This document shows positions 8,654 through 15,907 of a stretch of 64,000 nt of DNA, piece by piece. Location of the stretch: the NCBI GenBank assembly GCA_964633905.1, contig CAZWIT010000005.1, forward strand, positions 26,610 through 90,609, written 5' to 3'. Origin of the DNA: an uncultured Gammaproteobacteria bacterium. Lineage in GTDB: Bacteria; Patescibacteriota; Patescibacteriia; UBA1558; GWA2-36-10. The translations under genes were made by a program, and so were the position numbers. The notes beneath the pieces are model-generated. The model did not search any database, had not been told where the DNA came from, and saw nothing but the letters and a program-made list of their open reading frames with translations. How positions within the stretch are numbered: position 1 is the first letter of the stretch; every line of letters starts with the position of its first letter.

Positions 8654-9346
8654 CTACCAACCTTTATTAGCAAGAGCCGCAGCTGCAGCCTCGGTCTGAG
8701 CTTCTTGCTTGCTATAACCCTCGCCTTCAGCAATTAATTCTTTATCAAGGTAAACGCCAATTACAAATTTCTTGTGATGATCAGGACCAGATTCTGATAA
8801 TACCTTATAACGTGGAGTAATACCAACTTTTTCTTGAGACTTTTCTTGAAACAGACTCTTGGCATCCACATAAGATTTATCAGCAATCAACTTTTCTAAA
8901 TGAATCAAAATATTATCCTTAACAAATTTAGCAGCTGTTTTATAACCTTGGTCTAAATAAATAGCTCCAATCACTGCCTCCATAGCATTAGCTAAAATAT
9001 AACTACGTGCTTTTTTATTGGTATCTTGAGCTTCACCGCGACTTAGATATAAATAATCATAAAGTCCTAGATTTTCTCCTTGCGCGGCTAGTTGGGTAGC
9101 ATTTACTAAGCCTGAACGCCAATTAGTAAGGACTCCTTCTGGATCTGGATAGTTGCGATAAAGGTGATCAGTAACAGCTAATTCTAAAACTGCATCACCC
9201 AAAAACTCTAGACGCTCATTATGGTCAATGGCAAAATCCTTATGCTCATTAATATAAGAACGATGCACTAGAGCGTTTCTTAAAATATTTAGATCTTTAA
9301 AATCTACTGCTAATTTTTTTTGCAATAAGTCTAAATTCTTATTCAT
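8654..9346 (-). CDS. rnc: Ribonuclease III
   Basis: RNase III signature ERLEFLGDAVLEL with a C-terminal dsRBD; length 230 aa. Confidence 0.9.
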   Translation of the reverse strand: MNKNLDLLQKKLAVDFKDLNILRNALVHRSYINEHKDFAIDHNERLEFLGDAVLELAVTDHLYRNYPDPEGVLTNWRSGLVNATQLAAQGENLGLYDYLYLSRGEAQDTNKKARSYILANAMEAVIGAIYLDQGYKTAAKFVKDNILIHLEKLIADKSYVDAKSLFQEKSQEKVGITPRYKVLSESGPDHHKKFVIGVYLDKELIAEGEGYSKQEAQTEAAAAALANKGW

Positions 9347-9457
9347 CCCGTTAGAAATTTAAATAATAAAATTTTTGATTTTTGAGGTAAAATTTTGCTA
9401 ATAAACTTATGCGCATATTGCTAAACATTGTTTAGTGAATTTCGTACGGGATTCATA

Positions 9458-10327
9458 TTATTCTAAACCTAGTTTAGCCAAACCTTTGTGAAAAATATCT
9501 TTAGCATTTTCATAGCCAAAAGTAGAGAGAGCTTCTGACTGACTAAACCATTTTACTTCTTTAATTTCTGTAACATCTGCCGCGGGTTGAACTAACTCTG
9601 TATCTTTAGCTTCTACTAAATAATATTTTATCAATTTACGAAAAGGTTTAGCATCTGGCTTATGCACCTTTACTTCGGTTTCACCTAAATATTCAATAAC
9701 TTTTAATTTTTGCAAACCAGTTTCTTCTCTGAGTTCTCGTAGAGCTACCGTTTCCAAAGTTTCACCCTCTTCAACATGGCCCTTAGGGAAAGTCCATTTA
9801 CCATAAGCATCAAGCACTAAACAAAAATTATAGCCGAGCTCTGTTTTGTGATAAACCATACCGCCAGCAGAAATTTCTTTTATACCTTGGCTAGCCAGAG
9901 TTTGTTTTTCACCTTTACTCATCATTTCTTTATAAATGCTACCTAAAACACCATTAACAAATTTACCACTAGCATCACCGCCAAAAGCTTTAGCAAGCTC
10001 AATAGCCTCGTTGATTGCTACCTTGGGCGGTATTTCTTGGGATACTTTTAATTCATAAATGCCAATGCGTAAAACATTACGATCAACCATAGTAATCTGG
10101 TCTAGTGGCCATTCTGGTGCAAATTGGACAATTAATTTATCAATTTCACGTCTATTTTTAACCACTTGACGAACCAAATTTAAAGCAAATCCCTGATCGT
10201 CAAAATCAGGGGCAAATTCTTGCTGATCATAATCCAAAGACTCCAATACATCATGCTCAGCATTGGTAAAATCCCATTCAAACAAAGCCTGCAAAGCAAT
10301 GGTCCTAGCTAAGTGTCTGTTGGCCAT
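9458..10327 (-). CDS. nusB: NusB (transcription antitermination factor) fused to a C-terminal NUDIX hydrolase domain
   Basis: Residues 1-140 match NusB, including the C-terminal block KVAINEAIELAKAFGGDASGKFVNGVLG. Residues about 150-289 carry a perfect Nudix box, GHVEEGETLETVALRELREETGL (G-x5-E-x7-REUxEExGU). It is a single uninterrupted ORF. Confidence 0.8.
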   Translation of the reverse strand: MANRHLARTIALQALFEWDFTNAEHDVLESLDYDQQEFAPDFDDQGFALNLVRQVVKNRREIDKLIVQFAPEWPLDQITMVDRNVLRIGIYELKVSQEIPPKVAINEAIELAKAFGGDASGKFVNGVLGSIYKEMMSKGEKQTLASQGIKEISAGGMVYHKTELGYNFCLVLDAYGKWTFPKGHVEEGETLETVALRELREETGLQKLKVIEYLGETEVKVHKPDAKPFRKLIKYYLVEAKDTELVQPAADVTEIKEVKWFSQSEALSTFGYENAKDIFHKGLAKLGLE

Positions 10328-10334
10328 TTTATAT

Positions 10335-10505
10335 TTATTTTATTTTTTTCTCACCTTTGTAATAGCCACATTTAGCACAAGCTCGGTGTGGCATAATAGT
10401 TGCTCCACAATTTGAGCATTTGGTAGTGCTTTTTGGTTTTAAAGCAAAGTGTGAAGCTCGACGACGAGCTGATCCTTTTGTTCTTTTCTGTGTTTGTAAA
10501 GCCAT
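10335..10505 (-). CDS. rpmF: 50S ribosomal protein L32 (not in ORF track, 56 aa)
   Basis: Hand translation of the minus strand gives MALQTQKRTKGSARRRASHFALKPKSTTKCSNCGATIMPHRACAKCGYYKGEKKIK. The N-terminal basic block and the CxxC...CxxC zinc ribbon are typical of bL32. Confidence 0.75.
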   Translation of the reverse strand: MALQTQKRTKGSARRRASHFALKPKSTTKCSNCGATIMPHRACAKCGYYKGEKKIK

Positions 10506-10862
10506 AAATAGATATTTACGATTAAAATTATTGACCAGATTGTACCCGAAAAAAATAATATGGTCAAGAATAGTTTTTTTAGTCTTATCTGGCCTTAATT
10601 ATAACATTATATTTTATCCTTGACAATAGTAAAAAAACGTGATATTATTGTTTATCGATAAACAAAAACTAAAAAAATAGCTTATTTACAGCTAGTTCAT
10701 GAAATTTTCCCAGGCAACTGTGTCCACGACAAGCATGGGAATCATTTTTTCTGATCCTATTTGGTTCCGACTGAATATTTTCAAAAAATGGTTTTCTTGG
10801 GCACAGTTATTTGGGAAAATTAAAAAACCGCCCCTAATAAAGGCGATTTTTTTATTTAAAAA

Positions 10863-12770
10863 TTAATTAGTGCTAGTAGCCGGTGGTAAAACTGGAGGCG
10901 TAGTAGTACTACCAGGTACTACTGGTACTCCGCCATTTGCTTCAGCATCAATTTCTTCTTGGGTAGCGCCAACTAAACAAACTTCTTGCCAAGGCACATA
11001 ATGACTGGTAAAAGTTACTTTAGTAGCTTCTGCCTCTCCAGCTTTTTGCACAAAATAATCAAATTTAGCATCAGCACCGTTGTGCGCTCTTTCAGTACAT
11101 TTAATTTGCCCGACTGGCAGGGTTGTAGTTTTGCTTACTTTTTTTGCTGGTGGCGCTACTTGATTATAAATAATAGGCTTAGTAGTACTAGCCACACGAC
11201 CATCGGGTGTTCCCCAAAAATCAAAATAAATTTTCATACCCTCTATCCGTGATTGTATCAAAATATAATGACCCGTATCATTGATAAATTTTAAATCTGG
11301 TTTAGGCGAATAAATAGTAGCATCCATACCCGCTGGCTCATAATAAACTACTCGATAAGAATGATTGCGCCTTTCCGTAATAGGTAAGCCAGTGCCTAGA
11401 GCGGCTCGAAAAACTGTCGTGCCAATCTGACACAAACCACCACCATATTCGGGAACAGTTTTGTTGCCTTTAATAACTAGTTCTTGTTTATAACCATGCT
11501 CTCCATCAATTTCTCCCAAAGCAGTGATTAAAGAAAATTCTTCATCTGGTCTAATAAGTAATCCATTTAAAGATTCCGCCCCTACTTTAATATTGTGAAC
11601 ACGATTAACTGGACTACCCGTAAAATCAGATTCGCCAGTACCAATGACTTTTTTAATACCTAAGTCATTTACATCACCATTCATCACTCTTGGTTCTATT
11701 ACTTCTGTTGCCAAAGCTATTTTTAATTCAGCCTTATTATCATTTAAAACTTTATTTAAATTATCCAGCAGCTCTGTTTGCTTAATAGCCCTACCTTGCT
11801 GGCTACTCATAAACTCAGACACTTTGCCATTAGTTAATTTAAATTTTGCATCTTGCACCGGTATTTCTACTGCTTCATAAATACCACTATCCGTTAAATA
11901 CTTTTGCAAGCTTTCTTGATTAAAAGTTAATTCTATTTTATTATCTAATACTAACTTGAGCCAAGACTTCCAAGTGTTAGCTGGAATTGCCCAATCTTTA
12001 TCTTCCCAAGTCAGATGTAAATCACCACGATTAGGTAAAGCTAGTATTTGAGTTTGATGTTGTTTGATAATAGCCGCTGTAACCTGTGGTTCGTCAGCTA
12101 CTATTTTTAATGATATTTCCTTATTATCCAAATATTTAATACGATCCAAGGTGTCTTCTAAGGCCAACTGATAATCGAATGTTTGCCCTACTTTTTCTGG
12201 AACTATCTCTAGGTTATTTTCTCTAAAAGAAAAACTAGCTTCTTGCTTATCACTCAAGACATCATTAAGACTATCGCGTAAAATCTGAATATGCTGTTCT
12301 CGATCCCAAGTATAAGACAATGACCAATTCTTACCTTTAGCCCAAACATAGATTTTATTAACTAAATTCCCTAAACCATTATCAGCTTGCCAATTTTTAA
12401 TAGCTTGCAAACTATTTTCTGCCTGCCAAATAATAATTGGGTAAGAAATATCAGCCGATTCTGTTGAAGAAACCGAAGGTAGAATAGTAATCTTCTTATC
12501 ATTTAAACGATAAACTAAGCCCTGTCTATTAAGTTCATCAATCCTAGTCTGAACCTTAATTTTGGCTTGTTCCAAGTTTAGATTAGAAATATCCACCCCT
12601 CCTAAGCTAGTACCTGGCAAATAAACATCCTTGTATTTTGTATTAATGGAAGCATTAGCTGTCAAAACTATAGCTAATAAAAAAATAAGGACAATCAAAA
12701 TCCACAAAACTAATTTGATTATCTTTATATTTTTATCTTGACGCAAACTTTCTTTGATTTTATTTATCAT
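10863..12770 (-). CDS. VanW-domain membrane-anchored protein (YoaR-like)
   Basis: N-terminal TM segment and a C-terminal region with the VanW-family motif GGGLCQIGTTVFRAAL. Pro/Thr-rich C-terminal tail. Confidence 0.65.
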   Translation of the reverse strand: MINKIKESLRQDKNIKIIKLVLWILIVLIFLLAIVLTANASINTKYKDVYLPGTSLGGVDISNLNLEQAKIKVQTRIDELNRQGLVYRLNDKKITILPSVSSTESADISYPIIIWQAENSLQAIKNWQADNGLGNLVNKIYVWAKGKNWSLSYTWDREQHIQILRDSLNDVLSDKQEASFSFRENNLEIVPEKVGQTFDYQLALEDTLDRIKYLDNKEISLKIVADEPQVTAAIIKQHQTQILALPNRGDLHLTWEDKDWAIPANTWKSWLKLVLDNKIELTFNQESLQKYLTDSGIYEAVEIPVQDAKFKLTNGKVSEFMSSQQGRAIKQTELLDNLNKVLNDNKAELKIALATEVIEPRVMNGDVNDLGIKKVIGTGESDFTGSPVNRVHNIKVGAESLNGLLIRPDEEFSLITALGEIDGEHGYKQELVIKGNKTVPEYGGGLCQIGTTVFRAALGTGLPITERRNHSYRVVYYEPAGMDATIYSPKPDLKFINDTGHYILIQSRIEGMKIYFDFWGTPDGRVASTTKPIIYNQVAPPAKKVSKTTTLPVGQIKCTERAHNGADAKFDYFVQKAGEAEATKVTFTSHYVPWQEVCLVGATQEEIDAEANGGVPVVPGSTTTPPVLPPATSTN

Positions 12771-12984
12771 CCGAGTTCAATAATTCATTTAACAATTCTT
12801 TTTTATTTTCTAGGGAACTTAATAATGGGACCGAATCCATAGCTAGATAAACAATTTTCTGTCTATCAAAATCTCCAGGGAAAATATCGGCTGGAATTGC
12901 TATTTCAAAACCGTTATCAGTTGCAAAAATAAAATTTCCATTTTGCTCTTTGCTAAATTTTAGCAACAAATTTTTAATCACCAT
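12760..12984 (-). CDS. Hypothetical small protein
   Basis: 74-aa ORF between hsp20 and the VanW gene. It overlaps the VanW start by 11 nt, and no motif was recognised. Confidence 0.3.
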   Translation of the reverse strand: MVIKNLLLKFSKEQNGNFIFATDNGFEIAIPADIFPGDFDRQKIVYLAMDSVPLLSSLENKKELLNELLNSDDK

Positions 12985-12988
12985 AAAA

Positions 12989-13510
12989 TTATTCTTCTGC
13001 TTGAACCTTGATATTAATATCCTTATTACTTTTTGGCAAACTAATAGTTAAAACTCCGTTACGGATAGTGGCCTTTATTTTTTCAGCATTTACTGGTACT
13101 GGTAAAATAATTGAGCGTGAGAAACCACCCCAATAGCATTCCTGATAAAAATAATCTTCCTCGTCAATGGTGGTGTCTTTTTGTCTTTTGCCACGAATCG
13201 TCAACATGTCATTATCAAAAGTAATATCAATATCCTCTGGTTCGACTCCGGCAATAGTAGACTTGATAATGATATTATGTTTATCTTGCCAAACATCAAC
13301 TGAAAGCTGACCATCCTCACTTAACTCTTCTGTTTCACTTTCTTCATCTTGGTCAAAATCATCATCGCTAAGATTAAGCTCTTCTTTATCTTTTACTGCT
13401 TCGGATAGATTTTGTTCTTGTGGTGATTCATCAACAACATTAATACCATCAAGCTCTTCTTGCTTTTCTGTTTGTGAAACTTTTTTATTTTTCTTTTTAA
13501 ATCCTAACAT
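12989..13510 (-). CDS. Small heat-shock protein, Hsp20/alpha-crystallin family, with acidic N-terminal extension
   Basis: C-terminal alpha-crystallin domain (...DVWQDKHNIIIKSTIAGVEPEDIDITF...GVLTISLPK). N-terminal D/E-rich low-complexity region. Confidence 0.8.
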   Translation of the reverse strand: MLGFKKKNKKVSQTEKQEELDGINVVDESPQEQNLSEAVKDKEELNLSDDDFDQDEESETEELSEDGQLSVDVWQDKHNIIIKSTIAGVEPEDIDITFDNDMLTIRGKRQKDTTIDEEDYFYQECYWGGFSRSIILPVPVNAEKIKATIRNGVLTISLPKSNKDINIKVQAEE

Positions 13511-13533
13511 AAAATTAAAATGTTTATGCCTAT

Positions 13534-13562
13534 ATTATAATTTTTTATAGTATTTTTGTAAA
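13534..13562 (-). promoter_or_regulatory. Sigma70-like promoter for hsp20 (-35 TTTACA, 17-nt spacer, -10 TATAAT on the minus strand)
   Basis: On the minus strand the sequence reads TTTACA (complement of 13557-13562), then a 17-nt spacer, then TATAAT (complement of 13534-13539), about 25 nt upstream of the hsp20 ATG. Confidence 0.4.
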
Positions 13563-13570
13563 GAAAAAAT

Positions 13571-13593
13571 GGGGCTGAGGGATCTCAGCACCC
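13571..13593 (-). terminator. Intrinsic terminator downstream of the 13621-14028 gene
   Basis: The GCTGAG-ggat-CTCAGC hairpin is followed on the minus strand by CATTTTTTC. Confidence 0.35.
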
Positions 13594-13620
13594 ATAGATG
13601 CATTAAATAATGTTTTATTG

Positions 13621-14028
13621 TTATTTAAACTCTTTAACGCTAGTTGACCTAGACAATAGTTTCCTGTCTATATGTCTTTCCAAGGAATAGAGCTCGCTAT
13701 CAAAAACACCCGGCGACTTAGGCCACAGTACGTCCTTATTATTATTTAAAACATCCTTAAAGCTTTCTAGCTGCTCTGCAGACATATGGTGTAAATATTT
13801 TTTATCCAGCATTCTAATTACCGACAAACGACTAGTCACAGAAAGACTATTGTTTGCAGCTGCGCGTATAAGTTTATTAATCAAAATCGATCTTTTTACC
13901 TTGAATTCACAAAGTCTCTGAATCAAAAAAATCAAAATAACTATAATAAGTAATGCCAAAAAGAACCTCATAACAAGCTCCTCGGTTAGGGTGAATCTAA
14001 CGGGCTTTTCAATGAACTTTCTTAACAT
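13621..14028 (-). CDS. Hypothetical membrane-anchored protein
   Basis: 135-aa ORF with one TM segment; no recognisable motif. Confidence 0.35.
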   Translation of the reverse strand: MLRKFIEKPVRFTLTEELVMRFFLALLIIVILIFLIQRLCEFKVKRSILINKLIRAAANNSLSVTSRLSVIRMLDKKYLHHMSAEQLESFKDVLNNNKDVLWPKSPGVFDSELYSLERHIDRKLLSRSTSVKEFK

Positions 14029-14183
14029 AAAAATATACTACCTTTATTGATCTTTGTCCAATACCATCTATCTGCCCAATGCTATCTACCATTTAAAACT
14101 CTTGACCAATTTGGCAAATTTAGCTAGTGTGTTATATTAAATCTGAAGCAATTTCGCTCGTTCTTTAAAGGAGGTGTCACCAA

Positions 14184-14405
14184 ATGCCAAGAACTCTAAG
14201 CGTCAGAAGACAAATTAAGCAACTATTTATTACCCTGACTATTGTTTGTCTAATACAAATTATCTGTTCTTTTTTGCCTAATGACCTGGGCCTACGCCTA
14301 GGCTTGGGCACTTGCATTTTTGGTGGCTTGCTAATCCTCTTACAAATATTAGTGCTCTGTCTGCTCGTCCGCCAGAATTCACTTGGGCGTGATAAGCACG
14401 CCTAA
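14184..14405 (+). CDS. Small hydrophobic protein (2 TM), unknown function
   Basis: A strong RBS TAAAGGAGGTG lies 7 nt upstream of the ATG. 73-aa ORF, followed by a strong terminator at 14497-14535. Confidence 0.45.
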   Translation: MPRTLSVRRQIKQLFITLTIVCLIQIICSFLPNDLGLRLGLGTCIFGGLLILLQILVLCLLVRQNSLGRDKHA

Positions 14406-14496
14406 GCGCGCGCCTAAAAGTGTGTGGGGCACAAAGCGGGTGCGCAATACATTAACCCAAACCGGTTAAGAAGGGGTGAGCCAACAGGGATAGACC

Positions 14497-14535
14497 CCGC
14501 TACGTTCAACGTAACGGGGTTTTTTATTTTAAAAA
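14497..14535 (+). terminator. Rho-independent terminator (plus strand)
   Basis: CCCCGCTACGTT-c-AACGTAACGGGG hairpin followed by TTTTTTATTTT. Confidence 0.6.
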
Positions 14536-14536
14536 T

Positions 14537-14563
14537 GCTCTGCTTCGCGAAGAAGCAGAGCAA
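14537..14563 (-). terminator. Rho-independent terminator (minus strand) for the 14587-14994 gene
   Basis: Perfect 10-bp palindrome GCTCTGCTTC-gcga-GAAGCAGAGC. On the minus strand it is followed by ATTTTTAAAATAAAAAA. It lies back-to-back with the plus-strand terminator at 14497-14535. Confidence 0.5.
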
Positions 14564-14586
14564 ATACTCAAACGCTATCAATAGAC

Positions 14587-14994
14587 TTATTCCAAATAAA
14601 CAAAAAATGTCAGTTGTTTGAGTTGCCCTAAAAAGGAAATACTCAAAAACTCAGCATCGCCTTTTATCGGCATTGAAATAACTGTCCAGTTCTGGTCAGC
14701 TATCTCTAAACAGCAAACATTCCAATCCAAATGAAACTTAAGCCGGTATTCATCTACTTCCTGGCTTTGACTTGGGTCCAAAGGATGACTAAAAACAAAA
14801 TGTAACCAACCTGGTTCAAAAACCAATAGGTACTCAAAAGTCTCTTGGTAAGGAGGCCCGATAATGCCCCTGCCTCTGGCTAAATTTTGATATTTATCAC
14901 TAAAAGCCTGATAATCAGGGATAACTGACTCATGATTTGCTAAAACACAAGTAACAGAAAACAATAGATAAAGAAGAGCCAAACAAAGCTTCAT
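14587..14994 (-). CDS. Secreted hypothetical protein (signal peptide)
   Basis: N-terminus MKLCLALLYLLFSVTCVLA followed by a hydrophilic domain; 135 aa. Confidence 0.45.
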   Translation of the reverse strand: MKLCLALLYLLFSVTCVLANHESVIPDYQAFSDKYQNLARGRGIIGPPYQETFEYLLVFEPGWLHFVFSHPLDPSQSQEVDEYRLKFHLDWNVCCLEIADQNWTVISMPIKGDAEFLSISFLGQLKQLTFFVYLE

Positions 14995-15116
14995 AAGCGC
15001 ACCTCCTGTGCTGTTTATTGGACTTACAAGGAACGGGAAACAATTATCTAAACTAGCAAAAAAAGTGTTTTTTGTCCAATCATAAAACCACCTTAATGGT
15101 GGCCTATAAAATAAGG

Positions 15117-15193
15117 ATGGTGGGCATAAGAGGACTCGAACCTCTGACCCCTACAATGTCAATGTAGTGCTCTAACCAGCTGAGCTATATGCC
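15117..15193 (-). tRNA. tRNA-Val (anticodon GAC)
   Basis: The minus-strand sequence GGGCATATAGCTCAGCTGGTTAGAGCACTACATTGACATTGTAGGGGTCAGAGGTTCGAGTCCTCTTATGCCCACCA folds as a canonical cloverleaf. It has a 7-bp acceptor stem, a GTTCGAGTC T-loop, an anticodon loop TTGACAT, and an encoded CCA. Confidence 0.9.
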
Positions 15194-15216
15194 CTTAATA
15201 AAAAATAAAATGTACT

Positions 15217-15720
15217 CTATCTAATGTATAAATACATATCTGGTTGACCAACTACTTTATCAACCTTAGTTGCCTGCCAACCCTCTATAGGCCAAACATA
15301 AGCAATCACTTTAGTGCCTGGCTTCAATTCTTTTTCTAATTTTTGTTTTAACTCTGGATAAACTCTAGGAATCAAAAAGAAATATACTACATCTGCATCA
15401 CTCAAGTCAACCATCCAAAAATCTCTAAATTTAATTTGGGCCTTACTCCCAGAAAACAACTTTCTTAAGCAAGCAAGTAAAAATGGTATAACGGAAATTT
15501 CTAAACCAATTGACTTAGCATCAAGTTTGGCTGCTGCCATAACTAAGCGCCCATCACCACAACCTAAATCATAAACTGTTTGTCCTGCTTTGATTTCAGC
15601 TAAGGCTAAAAACCTTTTAATATCTTTTTGCCAAGTAGGCACCCAGCCAATACCACGCACCAAAGAATAAACAGCTGTTAAAAGTATTACGAAAATTAAA
15701 ATTAAAAAAAATGGCTGCAT
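15217..15720 (-). CDS. Class I SAM-dependent methyltransferase, membrane-anchored
   Basis: SAM-binding motif I VYDLGCGDGRLV after an N-terminal TM segment; 167 aa. Confidence 0.65.
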   Translation of the reverse strand: MQPFFLILIFVILLTAVYSLVRGIGWVPTWQKDIKRFLALAEIKAGQTVYDLGCGDGRLVMAAAKLDAKSIGLEISVIPFLLACLRKLFSGSKAQIKFRDFWMVDLSDADVVYFFLIPRVYPELKQKLEKELKPGTKVIAYVWPIEGWQATKVDKVVGQPDMYLYIR

Positions 15721-15732
15721 GATATATTTTTT

Positions 15733-15818
15733 GGTGCTGGGAGAGAGACTCGAACTCTCATTCCCTTTCGGGAACTAGCTCCTAAGGCTAGCGTGTCTAC
15801 CAATTTCACCACCCCAGC
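15733..15818 (-). tRNA. tRNA-Leu (anticodon TAG)
   Basis: The minus-strand sequence GCTGGGGTGGTGAAATTGGTAGACACGCTAGCCTTAGGAGCTAGTTCCCGAAAGGGAATGAGAGTTCGAGTCTCTCTCCCAGCACCA has a long variable arm typical of class II tRNA-Leu. The anticodon loop is CTTAGGA, and CCA is encoded. Confidence 0.9.
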
Positions 15819-15907
15819 ATAATAAATAACGTTCTATTTATACTAAAAATTAACAAAAAAGTCAACGCTTATTTAGAGCAAAAGTATAAAACTAGCCTAA
15901 GGCTGAT

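Noticed and set aside
10420-10623. 67-aa plus-strand ORF
   Set aside because: It lies antisense to rpmF (bL32), which has clear homology. It has no RBS and a low-complexity translation.
14424-14621. 65-aa plus-strand ORF
   Set aside because: It reads straight through two intrinsic terminator hairpins and has no RBS. The region is better explained as 3' UTR and terminators.
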